NCBI GenBank assembly: GCA_034520965.1
Contig: JAXHMY010000005.1
Location: 34,365-98,364 of the forward strand
Direction of reading: 5' to 3'
DNA: 64,000 nucleotides
Origin: Spirochaetia bacterium
GTDB taxonomy: Bacteria; Spirochaetota; Spirochaetia; DSM-16054; Sediminispirochaetaceae
Positions 19,230-30,513 of this stretch are shown here, one piece after another (position 1 is the first letter of the stretch; each line of letters opens with the position of its first letter). The notes beneath the pieces were generated by a model, which saw only the letters and a program-made list of their open reading frames with translations, made no database searches and was not told where the DNA came from. A program made the position numbers and the translations under genes.

Positions 19230-20680
19230 TTAGTCTGAATTAGACAGGCTGAATTCGACTACGCCGGTAGCCCCATTGTCGTTATATAGCTTAAAGCTGC
19301 CGTCCAGTTGGTCCGCCAGGTTAGAGATGATGAGTAGTCCGAGGGATTCACTTTCGTCGAGTATAAAACCTTCAGGCAGACCATGGCCGTTGTCATGAAT
19401 CACCAACCGGCAGCGCTGTTCTTCTACGGTAAGACTAATTTCTATACTGCCGTTTTTTATGTTCTCCAGCCCCGTGTTCAAGACTATTAGAGATGAGTTC
19501 ATTGATAATTAGCCCCAGGGGCACCGCGACGGATAAATTAAGATGCACAGAGGGTATATCTATTACTGTTTTCACCGGAGCAGGGTGGGTGTCGTAGATA
19601 TTTATAAGCTGGGCAACCAAGTCTGATAGGTACTTGTCCAGGTACACCCGGACAGACCTTCGGTATAATACAGCTGTTCATGGATTAAAGCCATGCTTTC
19701 AACCCGGTTTCTGCTTTCGGTGAGGTGCTTGCGGCTGGCTTTGTCAGATATAAAATTGGTTTGCAGGCTTAAGAGGCTGGCAATTACATGCAGATTGTTT
19801 TTGACCCGATGATGGACTTCCTTCAGCAGAAGCTCTTTCTCTTTTAAATCCTCTCTGACTATTCGTTCGGCCTCTTTTTGGGAGCTTATATCTTGAATCA
19901 TCACCGTTACCGAGCGATAACTTCCATTGCTTACCGCATTAAATCGAAAACGAACGTATTTATCACCGAGCTGAAGCGGCTCTTTTATGCCGATTTCAAA
20001 TTCTTCCCCATTCAAGGAGTGGACGATGTTTTTTATACGGCTTGCAAGTTCCGGTGAGAATAAAGATGGAAAGTACAGGGTAAGCAGTTCTTCCCGAGGT
20101 AAGCCCAGCAATGAAGCCCCGGCGTCATTCACATAGATAACCTGCAGATCGAGGTTCAGCTCAAAAAAACCGTCGGAAATGCTTGAAAGCAGCACCTCGA
20201 TATGCTGCTTGGAGAAAAGCAGCTCATTAGTTATATCTCGATGGTATACTTGATCAAGCCCAATTATCTTTTTAGAAACCTCAGATGAGTTAGTATGAAA
20301 CTGCTGTAATAAGTCGAGTACATACTTTTTCATAAGCCGGAAGGGCATTTTTGCCAGGTATGCATCGGCAATTTCGCTAAAGTCAAAATTGGGCTCTTCC
20401 GCAGCGATTACCGAGATTATCACAATACTGCTTTCCGAAAGCTCCGGTTGTTTTCGTAAAAGTGCGCACAGCTGTCGTCCGTCGATATAGGGCATTACAA
20501 GGTCGACAAAAATGACATCAGGTATAAAAGTGCGGCTTATTTTAAGGGCCTCTACACGTTATCAACAGTGTGAACGCTGTACCCCTCCTGCCCTAATATT
20601 TCATTCATAAACTCCAGCATCACCGGGTTGTTGTCGACAACGAGAATTTTTTTTATAGTTTTATTTAATTTTCTGTTCAT
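19230..20680 (-). pseudogene. hybrid response-receiver / PAS / HisKA_2-HATPase sensor kinase; about 3 frameshifts (near 19490, 19645, 20556)
   Basis: The ATG at 20680 overlaps the Hpt stop (ATGA). The receiver starts MNRKLNKTIKKILVVDNNPVMLEF and breaks at DN/VEALKISRTFIPDVIFVDLVMPYIDG. The gene then has PAS, HHRVKNNLHVIASLL, the N-box INELISNSL, and IHDNGHGLP. Confidence 0.75.
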
Positions 20681-21006
20681 AGTTGTGATAAGATTTCTTC
20701 CTTAATATTCTGATACCCCCGGGAAAGCTGTTCATACTGCTTTGATAGCTCATCTGAGGGGGCAGTGCCGGTTTGCAGCAGCAGCTGCAGCTTTTTTGCA
20801 AGGGCAGCAAGATCTGTATAGTCCATATTCGCAGCGGCTCCCTTAATGTGGTGGGCGGTGGCCGCGCTTTGTGTAAGGTTGTTCATCTCGAGTTCTGATT
20901 TCAGTTGCAGCAAATCTTTATCGGTATTTTCAATAAAAAGTGAGCAAATTCGCTTATATGCTTCTAGACTTATACCGATTTCAGCTGCCGAGCTGTGGAT
21001 ATTCAT
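20677..21006 (-). CDS. Hpt (histidine phosphotransfer) domain protein
   Basis: 109-aa helical ORF with the phospho-His motif TAHHIKGAAANM. Confidence 0.75.
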   Translation of the reverse strand: MNIHSSAAEIGISLEAYKRICSLFIENTDKDLLQLKSELEMNNLTQSAATAHHIKGAAANMDYTDLAALAKKLQLLLQTGTAPSDELSKQYEQLSRGYQNIKEEILSQL

Positions 21007-21314
21007 GGTATGACTATACTCAAAAATCGTATTTTATAAAAGACCCTTCATTCTAAAAACATTTAAAATACATTAAATGGATATATATAAGTTTTTAGAT
21101 AATATTATCCGATTACATCTATCACCCAGTTCCCGCTGTCTATGCCTCTCTTTTGCAGGGTTCGCTTACAATATTTCTGAAATTTCCCGTTGTAATAATC
21201 AATTTAAAATTGCCCAGATGAGTTTAATATGATACCTTTACTCAGTTGTGTCGGTCGAGAACCGACAAATGCCGTGAAGGCACATCATAATCAATACACA
21301 GAAAGAGGCAGGTA

Positions 21315-23219
21315 ATGGCACAGACAATCCCGAAACTTATGCAGGAGATGGCGGAGAAACATCCACGTGTGGCTGCGCAGATGAGTAAGGATGAACAGGG
21401 GACTTTTGTTTCAAGGAGTTTTGAGGAACTATACCGTGAGGTGAGCAGCTTTGCCGCCGGACTGCAGAAGATCAAGGTCAAGCGGGGCGATCATGTTGGC
21501 CTCATATCTGAAAACCGGGCAGAGTGGTTTGTGTCCGATTTGGCATTGCTTTCTTTGGGTGCGGCTGATGTGCCGCGGGGAAATGACAGTATGGCCCAGG
21601 AACTGGCCTATATCTTAGGCTTCTCCGAGTGTTCATTGGTTATCGTGGAAAACGAAGAGCAGTTGAAAAAAGTCTACTCGGTAAAGGACCAAATTCCAAG
21701 TTTAAAACATTTTTTAGTGCTGGACCCTAACTTCGACAGTTCCAACAGCATCAATACGGGCCGCATTAAAGTCTCCACTTATGCTGAAGTACGTGATGCC
21801 GGTCAGAGCGCGCTGGCAAAACATCCCGAACTTATCGAGAAAGAGATCGAACAGGGACAAGCGGACGACACCTGTACTATAATTTTTACTTCCGGAACAA
21901 CCGGTGAGCCCAAGGGCGTAGTCCTTTCCCACAGAAATTTCCTGCATCAGGTAAGTTGTATTCCCAGTGTGTTGGATGTAACCCCTGGCGATATCTGGAT
22001 ATGTGTGCTGCCGGTATGGCATTCATTCGAGCGAATTGTTCAGTATCTTGCCCTCGGCAGTGCTTCAACCCTTGCGTATTCAAAGCCGATTGGACAGATT
22101 ATGCTTGCCGATATGGCGGTTATCAAGCCGCAGTGGATGGCCTCGGTTCCGCGTATCTGGGAAGCGGTCAGGGCCGGAATTTATCGGAAGATTAAGCAGG
22201 AGGGGGGCATTAAGCTGCTTATGTTCAACTTTTTTGTAGCCGTCGGGGGAAGTCACAAACGCATGGCCGACAAGATTTTTGGACGAGCCCCGCAGTTTAA
22301 AACCCGCTCACGGGTGCTGGAGCTATCCCTGAACTTCCTGCCGTATATGTTGTTGTCCCCCTTAAAACTGTTAGGGAACGCCCTGGTCTTCAAAAAAATA
22401 AAAACAAAACTGGGTGGTCGATTTATTGCAGGTGTGTCCGGGGGAGGTGCGCTGCCGCCGTCTGTGGATTCTTTCTTCGGCTCCGCCGGAATTCTGCTGC
22501 TGGAAGGCTATGGGCTGACAGAAACCGCTCCGGTTCTTGCGGTACGCAGTCAGTTTAATCCGGTTCCCGGTACGGTCGGTCCGATGCTGGCGGACACGGA
22601 ATGTCGAATTACCGGAGAAGATGGGGAGCTTTTACCTGCGGGACACATGGGTTTGATTTCTGTTCGCGGACCTCAGGTCATGAGCGGGTATTATAAAAAA
22701 CCTGAACTTACGGCAAGGGTCCTCTCCGAAGAGGGCTGGCTCAACACCGGAGACTTAGGCAAGCTTACTCTTCGGGGCGAACTGAAAATTACCGGCCGAG
22801 CAAAAGACACTATTGTCTTGCTGGGAGGAGAAAATATAGAACCCCTGCCAATCGAGCAGAAGATAACCGAGAGTGAATACATCGACACCGCAGTTGTGGT
22901 AGGACAAGACCAGAAGTATCTTGGAGCCTTAATTGTACCCAATACAGATGCAGTCGAGCGTTTTGCCGATGAAAACCATATTCCCTATAATCAGCCGGCG
23001 GACCTGCTGGACTCGGATGATGTGCGAGAACTGATGGACGGAGAAATAAATTCTCTGGTAAACGGCAGAACCGGGTTTAGAGTATTTGAGCGGGTGTACC
23101 GTTTTGTCATATTGAAAACACCATTTCAAATCGGAGAGGAACTGTCGGCCAAACAGGAGATCAAACGTCATGTAATTGCCGATAAGTATTCTGCAATAAT
23201 TGCGTCCCTGTTTGAATAA
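21315..23219 (+). CDS. long-chain acyl-CoA synthetase (AMP-forming)
   Basis: 634-aa ORF with the AMP-binding motifs TSGTTGEPKGV, EGYGLTE and GDLG...GRAKD. Confidence 0.85.
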   Translation: MAQTIPKLMQEMAEKHPRVAAQMSKDEQGTFVSRSFEELYREVSSFAAGLQKIKVKRGDHVGLISENRAEWFVSDLALLSLGAADVPRGNDSMAQELAYILGFSECSLVIVENEEQLKKVYSVKDQIPSLKHFLVLDPNFDSSNSINTGRIKVSTYAEVRDAGQSALAKHPELIEKEIEQGQADDTCTIIFTSGTTGEPKGVVLSHRNFLHQVSCIPSVLDVTPGDIWICVLPVWHSFERIVQYLALGSASTLAYSKPIGQIMLADMAVIKPQWMASVPRIWEAVRAGIYRKIKQEGGIKLLMFNFFVAVGGSHKRMADKIFGRAPQFKTRSRVLELSLNFLPYMLLSPLKLLGNALVFKKIKTKLGGRFIAGVSGGGALPPSVDSFFGSAGILLLEGYGLTETAPVLAVRSQFNPVPGTVGPMLADTECRITGEDGELLPAGHMGLISVRGPQVMSGYYKKPELTARVLSEEGWLNTGDLGKLTLRGELKITGRAKDTIVLLGGENIEPLPIEQKITESEYIDTAVVVGQDQKYLGALIVPNTDAVERFADENHIPYNQPADLLDSDDVRELMDGEINSLVNGRTGFRVFERVYRFVILKTPFQIGEELSAKQEIKRHVIADKYSAIIASLFE

Positions 23220-23268
23220 CGGTTTGAATAGCGGTTTGATAGCGGTTTGAATAGCGGTTTGAATAGCG
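23210..23268. repeat. 12-bp tandem repeat, 5 copies (GTTTGAATAGCG; one 11-nt copy)
   Basis: Read directly. The first copy (GTTTGAATAACG) contains the TAA stop of the acyl-CoA synthetase gene (23217-23219). Confidence 0.9.
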
Positions 23269-23329
23269 GCAATTTGGGAATTTCAGAATGCAAGAATTAT
23301 TTGAAGGTACCATTTTCAGGGACAACCGC

Positions 23330-23605
23330 CGAGACAGTACCGTCTACCCATGAATGGCTTAGAAATGCTCAAAGTGTGGAAAACAGAGTTAAAAGCGACG
23401 CTGAAAAACCCTACGAGCGAAGTTTTGCTCGTAGGGTGGAACAGGAGAATGTTATTCTGCAGATAGAACATCTGCGCTCATATCCTTTATTCAGTCCACC
23501 GAAGAGCACTCATCCTTACAGATTTATGGCTGGTATCATGATATCGGAAAAGGAATCATCTACAACTACAATCAATCCTCCGAAACCTTCGAGCTTATAA
23601 AATAA
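23330..23605 (+). pseudogene. C-terminal stub of a beta-class carbonic anhydrase, frameshifted
   Basis: HEWLRNAQSVENRV...RRVEQENVILQIEHLRSYP is in one frame and SFIQSTEEHSSLQIYGWYHDIGKGIIYNYNQSSETFELIK* in the next. The N-terminal catalytic half has no room before the upstream gene. Confidence 0.55.
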
Positions 23606-24951
23606 AGACTGTCCCGAAGCTTAGCGGAAAATTAAGGAAATTCATCGCTGTGATACAGCAACATCCCTCCCCGCACTCTCTGTCCTTTTAACCCCTGGCG
23701 TACTTCGGTAGATACTCCTCACCCCACTTCAGAGGTGTATTGAACAGGCGAAACCATATCCCCCTCTCTCCCGCCTCTAAGGGAAGCAGCGAGGCAAAGG
23801 GACGGTGTACAAACCGCCGGGCTAAGAGCTTGTTCATCCAGACCATATCACAACCGGCCAAAGATCCGTGGGTGATACCACTCTTGGGACTGTTCTCCCG
23901 GTAAGGCTTGATGAAGTTGTGGTGCATCCGGTAGATGCACAGCCGATCCAAGAGACAGCAGACGTTCTTCGCCGCATTGACCGTCTGTCGAACATAGTTG
24001 ACCATATCCTTTCTCAACTGCCGGTCCATGTAGTTGACCGAGAACATGGAGTTGCCCCGCCCCGGCTCTTTGGTTGACTTGCTGTGCAGGTGGATCACCC
24101 GGCCCTCGGCCATGAGTGTGGAGAGGTTGCGGTTGCGGTACAAACCTCTGGGGTAGGCCTGATGGTCATCGCTGTAGAGGTACAGAGGCTCCTTGGAGCT
24201 GCGGCTACACAGGCAGGCTATCTTCTCAGCGAGCCGGCAGATAGACTTCTCCACGCCCTTGCGGTCGGGACGGCAGACCTGGTCGAGGAAGTTGCGGTAG
24301 AGCCTCTGAGCGGCGCTCATGTTACCCTTGCGCCGCAGGGTGGTGAAGTCCATCGCGTAGAAGAACTGGCTCTGCATGCCGATGAGGATGTTCAGATGGT
24401 GGGGAAAGTACTTGCTTCTGGTGTAGCCCTCAAAGCCGTCGAAGGCCAGATCTTCATTAACGTGGAGAGTTTCGCCGGCCAGGCAGTGCTGGGCGATCGA
24501 CCAGCGGGCCATGCGGAAGATGCGGTTCTGCACCGAGCCGCGGGAGATTTCAAGGTTACGGGCCAGATCACGAATGCCGGCGGTCGAGCGCAACTGGCGA
24601 AAGATCTGTTCGTAGTCCACCAGGCGTTTGGCGTAATAGTCTAAAGAGAAGCTCTGGGTGCTGAAGCTGTGGCCGCAGTGTTTGCACAGGTAGCGCTGCA
24701 CCGAGCCGAAGCACGCGGTCTCGTGGTGGCCGTCCTTGCGATACCACTTTGCCGGGTGCGAACCTTCGTAGTGCATCGGGCAATCCGGCTGTGGGCAGAA
24801 TGGGGGGATAAATTGGTAGCTCAAGAGCATGAGAATACCTCCTTGGGGTTTGGTTCTTACTTAGTAAGAGGAGGTAATTCTTTATTCTGCTTCAAGAAAT
24901 CGAGAATTTTTGTTAAATTATTAAAAAATGCACTAAGCTTCGGGACAGTCT
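23606..24951. mobile_element. complete insertion sequence (about 1.35 kb) with 19-bp terminal inverted repeats and a 9-10 bp target-site duplication
   Basis: IRL AGACTGTCCCGAAGCTTAG (23606-23624) is the exact reverse complement of IRR (24933-24951). Direct repeats TATAAAATAA lie at 23596-23605 and 24953-24962. It holds a single intact 380-aa transposase ORF. Confidence 0.8.
23688..24830 (-). CDS. transposase with N-terminal zinc-ribbon; IS1-like impression (family not established)
   Basis: 380-aa intact ORF. It has CPQPDCP...CKHCGHSFS Cys clusters, then candidate DDE residues in FDGFEGY, YSDDHQAY and VNYMDRQLRKD. Confidence 0.8.
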   Translation of the reverse strand: MLLSYQFIPPFCPQPDCPMHYEGSHPAKWYRKDGHHETACFGSVQRYLCKHCGHSFSTQSFSLDYYAKRLVDYEQIFRQLRSTAGIRDLARNLEISRGSVQNRIFRMARWSIAQHCLAGETLHVNEDLAFDGFEGYTRSKYFPHHLNILIGMQSQFFYAMDFTTLRRKGNMSAAQRLYRNFLDQVCRPDRKGVEKSICRLAEKIACLCSRSSKEPLYLYSDDHQAYPRGLYRNRNLSTLMAEGRVIHLHSKSTKEPGRGNSMFSVNYMDRQLRKDMVNYVRQTVNAAKNVCCLLDRLCIYRMHHNFIKPYRENSPKSGITHGSLAGCDMVWMNKLLARRFVHRPFASLLPLEAGERGIWFRLFNTPLKWGEEYLPKYARG

Positions 24952-24991
24952 ATATAAAATAAACCGCTTTGTAGAGGGTTTTTGTAGAAGA

Positions 24992-25795
24992 CTATCCAGC
25001 CATCCATCCACCATCCACCATTAGGTTGACGCCGGCTATATAGGTAGCCTCATCGCTTGCAAGAAAAAGAACCGCTTTCGCAATATCCTCCGGTCTTCCC
25101 AATCGCGGCATGGGAGTACGGTTTTGTGAGTAATCCAAGGGATCGGCAGCAGAGAGCGGTTTGCCGGTAAGTACTCTACCGGGAGCTACTGCGTTGCAGA
25201 TAATATAGTCCTTTGCATAGTCGACTGCGATTTGTCAGGGTAGTATGAACAACTGCACTTTTACCCAGCCATATGCAAAATTGCCTGGAGCACAGATCAT
25301 ACCATGTTGTGATGTAATGTTTATAATGCGTACCAGGGCTTCTCCCCACAATCTCCTGCAGAAGCATTTGCTGGATAGCCCGTTTCAACCGGAGAATGTG
25401 CCCTTCGTCTAATTGTTACCGGTTCAGATCCTCTTCTGTTATTTCCAGCAGGGGTTTATCAACTCCGATTGCAGCGTTGTTTACCATAATATCTAGGAAC
25501 CGAATTGTTCAACCGCTACTTCAACCATGGCGTTTATATCATCCCACTTTGGAGCATCGGTTTTACAGAACACAGCTGTTCCCCCGGCCGATTGAATCAA
25601 TTCGGCCGTCGCTTTTCCGCCTTCTTTTACCTCAGTGGTAATATCTACTATTCCACTAGATTCGGCACCTTCTTCGGCAAAACGTAGTGCAATTGCCCTG
25701 CCAATTCCTGAAGCCGCTCCGGTTACTACCGCTGTTCGTCCTGAAAGTCTGTTTCCCCATAATAACTCCTCATTTTTCACAATACTGCTTGACAC
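24992..25795 (-). pseudogene. SDR-family oxidoreductase, multiple frameshifts
   Basis: The N-terminal fragment is RTAVVTGAASGIGRAIALRF (ORF 25493..25795). Further pieces carry NNAAIG, a YG..KSAVV catalytic region, and the tail AGVNLMVDGGWMAG* ending at 24992. Confidence 0.7.
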
Positions 25796-25909
25796 GTCTT
25801 TGTTTCAAGGTTTTAATAATCTGGAACGCTATACCAAATTGTGGGTTGTTGTCAACGGACAAATTAGCACTTTGGTTTTTCGCTATAGCACACAAAAGAG
25901 GTGAATTAA

Positions 25910-27060
25910 ATGAAATAATTGCGAAAGGTATGGTTTGCACAAAGCGGCCGAGGCTTTTAACAGCAACGGGGTAATGTTAAACAGTCCCCATACCATTACC
26001 CACTTTACCGGTATGAGCTACCATTTGTACCCATTTTCCCAACAGACCCCTTGTTTGCTTTATGTTCAGCTCAAAGGTCTCAATGATCATCTGTCCCTAC
26101 GAATGGAGAAGGGCGGTTGCAGATCAAGGATGGCAAGCGATATACCGCCTATGGAGATGGAGAGGCGAATCCGATTGAATTTGCAGTGGAAGTCATTGCC
26201 CAGCTAATAAAGAAGAGCGGTTCCACAGCAGAACGCATAGCAATTGAAGAGAAATACGATACCCCTATCCGCTTTACCTGCAGCTACAGGAACATTTTCC
26301 CGAAACCGAATGGAGAGAGTAAATAAACGATTGAGCTCCTTCGCATGCAGAAGTCTCCTGCTGCCCTCGAATTGCTGCACACGGCGGCGGAACAGCTTGA
26401 GTTCGGTGTCATTGGGGCTGTGCAACATTTGGAAGGAAGCCTTGAAGAAAATGGATATACCTTGTCTGAGTTTTGTGAAAGAATCAGGGTGCATGTGTAC
26501 GAAACCGGCGGCACCGCTGGAGGCCTTGCCGCAGTCGCTGCGGGCAAGGGAAAGGGCAGTGGTACGATCAACCACAGGGCAAAGTGTTAACGGCGAGTTG
26601 GTTCGAATAGAAGCTACTTCACGCTACTACGGTTACTGGGCCGATGCTGCTCGGATGATGGTGATCGGGGATGCTGAGGAGCTTCAAAAGCGGGCATATG
26701 CAGAGAACTTGCAGTTAAAAAACAAAGCAGTATCGATGCTGAAACCCGGAGTCAAATGTTCGACCCTGTACAACGAAGTGGCGGATTTAGCCTCTGCAGA
26801 AGGAATAGACTTTCAGAGGTGAGTCGGCATTGGACACCGCGTCGGAGTCAGCGAACGAGAAGCACCCTTTCTAAAAGTTGATGATGATACAGCTTTGCTG
26901 CCTGGCATGTGTATAGTCGTGGCTGTTTACACAGGAGCGGAAAAAGAACTGATTTGTGTGAAGGATACCTATTATCAGTGAACAAGGCGCCGTATGTATA
27001 AGCGATTTTCATAATTGGGAAGTACTTTACGAGGTAAACGGATTCCGTTCCGCACATTAA
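25910..27060 (+). pseudogene. M24-family peptidase (Xaa-Pro peptidase/creatinase-like) copy 1, many frameshifts
   Basis: Fragments ELVRIEATSRYYGYWADAARMMVIGDAEELQKRAY...KPGVKCSTLYNEV (ORF 26244..26822) and GIGHRVGVSEREAP lie in different frames. Confidence 0.6.
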
Positions 27061-27118
27061 AGTATAAAAAAACTATCATCATTTTTAATATGTGTCTAAT
27101 TCGAAAGGAAGAGAACAA

Positions 27119-28266
27119 TGAATAAATCTGAAATAATTAAAAAAATACAATCAGAGCTTTCCCGAAAACATAATACCTGTTCGGCCTGGATAATATTCGA
27201 TATGTAGCAGGTAGGGTGTTGCTGGGGACGTTAGAGAACGACAAAGTAGCGGTATTTCTTCAGCGAAATGAAGAACCCATATTAATAGCCCCTTCATGGT
27301 TAAAAGATACCTTCCGATCCATTGGCAGTATTCGCAATGTTCAGGGTGTATACTAGCTATTGAGGACGTATTGCCAATTCTAATCCGGCGGTTTGGTTTA
27401 GAGACCAAAATTGGAATTAGTGAGAATCGAATATCTTACAAGCTCTATGATTCCCTTCAGAAGGTCCTGCCGAAAGTCCGTTTTTCCGGGTGCGATAAAT
27501 AAGGAATACTAATGTCCGGATGGTGAAAACCGAAGGTGAACAAGAACTGCTGGCAGATGTTGCCAGGAGAACTGATCATGGACTCAGTGGTGCTGCCCAT
27601 CATGTAATGGTGTATGCCCCACGCCCTGAAAAGGGGCTTTCAGAGATAATCCGGGTACACTGCATTGAACGTGAATTAGATATGGTAGGATATGAGTCGC
27701 TGTCAATTGGTGCTTCTGGTGAACGCACTCACACACCCTGGCCGGAAGCTCCCTTTTTCGGAGTGGGTCGCGGCAAATACTTAGAAGAAAAAGAACTTGT
27801 GCGTATGGAAATACGGGCAAGTCTGCACGGTTATTGGTCGGATGCAACAAATGCTACAATGGGTTCACCGACAGCCGAACAGGCAAACTCCTACCAACAG
27901 GTCGTTGCTATTCGAAAAAAAGCACTCAGTTTACTTACGTCCAGGGATTGCTGCAAGTGATGTGGCGAGTGCATTCTGGAATTTTGTGAGGCAAATAATA
28001 TCCCGGTCATTAAAGAACACGGCTTTGGCCATGGCATGGGGATTCTTCCCATAGAGCCGCCGTTTATTGATGTAAGTGATCCAACAATTCTAAAAAACGG
28101 CATGGTTTTAGTTATAAACCCGACAGTAAAGGGCTCCTCAGGAGAACTTGTACGTTCATATGACACCGTAATCATTGGTCCCACTTCAAGCCGCTTGGTG
28201 GGATGGTGTAAAAATTGGGATGAGCCCTATAAGGCAGTTGCGTCTTACCAACATGGAGGTGGTTGA
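27119..28266 (+). pseudogene. M24-family peptidase copy 2, many frameshifts
   Basis: Fragments VRMEIRASLHGYWSDATNATMGSPTAEQANSYQ (ORF 27520..27960) and GHGMGILPIEPPFI...MVLVINPTV (ORF 28036..28266). Confidence 0.65.
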
Positions 28267-28414
28267 GTTTATAGTCGCGCCTTGTGCTGCGAATGAATTT
28301 ATTTTTGTTTGACTGGCCATATACTTCGTGGTAAAGTTAGAATGAAATGGTATACCATTATACGAAACAATATCTAACTATGCCGATAAAATTTAAGAAG
28401 GTGGATAAAACAAA

Positions 28415-29220
28415 TGAATAAATTAGTAGTGCATGACACTAGAAAAAAGATAAAGATCAATCTACCGTTCGAGCTCTTGATAAAGCGATAAACACGCTTG
28501 AAATAATAGCCTCACTGGACAGGGACATAGATTTGGCGGGTATTTCCAAACGAGCAGGAATTCCCGAAAGCACTATGCTAAGACTGTTGAACACTTTAAG
28601 CTCTCACAACCTTATTCACCAGGACGAAAAAACACGAAGGTTTAGTCTCGGATTGGAACTTATTGCTTTGGGCAGGGCAGCGGAACGATCGTTTAATCTT
28701 GTGCATCATATTCATCCTTGTAAAACTGTCTGAACTTACCGGAGAGACCGCTTCGATTATGGTTTTAAAAGGCGACTCCTCGGTATATATGGATCAAGTG
28801 TTAAGCACCCGACTGATCCGCGGAGAGCCATTGATAGGAAAGAAAATAGAGCTGCATTGCAGTTCCGGTGGAAAAGTTTTGATGAGTGAATGGACGATAA
28901 TAAAATTAACAAATATATGTTACAAGGAAAGGTTCTTGTACCTCGAACCGAAAAAACCATCACTGATGCAGAAGATCTTAAAAAAGAACTGCAAAAAATA
29001 CGCGAGCAGGGGTATGCGGTTGACAACGAAGAGGCGGAAATCGGAGGGCGTTGTGTGGCTGTACCGCTTCGGGACAAATCGCATAAAACTATTGCAGCTA
29101 TATCGGTAATGGGACCAACCACCCGGATCCGTCAGAAGGGATTTTCCGTTAGCGGCGATTGTAAAAAACATTGCAGAAAAAGCGTCTGAATCACTTGGAT
29201 ATCAAAATGAAGATAATTAA
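28415..29220 (+). pseudogene. IclR-family transcriptional regulator, frameshifted
   Basis: An HTH part (STVRALDKAINTLEIIA...ISKRAGIPESTMLRLLNTL) and an effector domain (ETASIMVLKG...; GYAVDNEEAEIGGRCVAVPL...AAISVMGPTTRI) are spread over three frames. Confidence 0.7.
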
Positions 29221-29256
29221 CTTGAGGGACTTAACCCAAAGAAGGAGTTTAATATA

Positions 29257-29615
29257 ATGAGCGGAGATTTTCCATTTTCATCTTCAATGAAGGCCGGAAA
29301 ATATATTTTTGTTTCCGGTAAAGTAGGGGTTGACCCAAAAAGCGGTGAGATCCAGCGCGGGGATATAAAAGCCCAGACCGAACAAACATTGGACAACCTG
29401 AACCAGGAACTGCAGAACTACAGCCTTGATTTGGATTCAGTGGTAAAAACAACTGTATTCCTGACAGACATGCGCATTATGTTGAAGCAATGAACTCGGT
29501 CTACAAAGAAAAGTTTCAGCAAAAATTGCCGGCCCGTTCGTGTGTAAGTGTAACTGCAGTACCGCATGTCGATGCTTTGGTTGAAATTGAACTAATTGCA
29601 TATCTGGAGGAATAG
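29257..29615 (+). pseudogene. RidA/YjgF-family deaminase, one frameshift
   Basis: GKYIFVSGKVGVDPKSGEI...VVKTTVFLTDM is followed in another frame by NSVYKEKF...PARSCVSVTAVPHVDALVEIELIAYLEE*. Confidence 0.7.
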
Positions 29616-29617
29616 AA

Positions 29618-30485
29618 GTGTATACCTTTTCTATCTTGATGCTACTACTAATCGCTTTGAAGGAATCCCTGTGCCGTATTTCCTCAGGCCGACGGATTAA
29701 GTGACGAAGAGATGCAGAATCTGGCTAAGGAAACTAATCTTCCTGAAACCGCTTGTACTTTTAAATACAAAGAAAGCAGATTTTAAGGTGCGCTATTTTA
29801 CACCCCGTCATGAGATACCCTTTGCCGGCCATCCTACCATCGCTACCGCATATCTTTTAGCTCAACAAGGACTTATTAGGTTGGAAGAGAAAAAAACGAC
29901 CGTGCAGTTTGAGTTTAATATAGGGGTCCTTCCTGTAGAGATTGAAACCGGAGGCGATGGAGCTGTGGAACAGGTTGGAATGCAGCAGCAGCCACCGGTT
30001 TCGGGAAAACTGTTGATGTGCAGACACCCTACTGGGGCTGAAAACCACCGATTTTATTGCTGATGTGCCTATCCAGGTAGTCAGCACCGGCGTCGCTTTT
30101 CTGATGGTTCCGTTAAAGAGCCTCGAACTAGTAAAAAAGGCGGAAATGAACCGTCCGGAAATCCGCAAGCTGCTGAAAAGCCTTGAGTTAAACGCTATGC
30201 TTGTGAGCGCTCCGGAAGGTTTTACTCCTGAGGGGGACATCTTCTCGCGATTGATGGATCCGGATAATGCCGGTGAAGATCCTTATACCGGTTCCGCCAC
30301 CGGCTGTATGGGATCGTACTTGTATCATTACGGGGTAATTACCAATCCTCAAATGCGGTGTGAACAGGGGCATCTCCTGGCCGGCCTGGAAGGGGAATAA
30401 TAAAGCTTGAAGGAACGCCCGAGGGATCTACCGAAGGTTAATCTGTACAGCGGTAGCCTCCCTGCAGGGAACATACGGAGATTAG
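29618..30485 (+). pseudogene. PhzF-family isomerase-like protein, frameshifted
   Basis: NPCAVFPQADGLSDEEMQNLAKETNLPETA, RYFTPRHEIPFAGHPTIATAYLL and VSTGVAFLMVPLKSLE lie in different frames. Confidence 0.6.
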
Positions 30486-30513
30486 AGGCGGATAATTATT
30501 TATTCAGAAAAAA

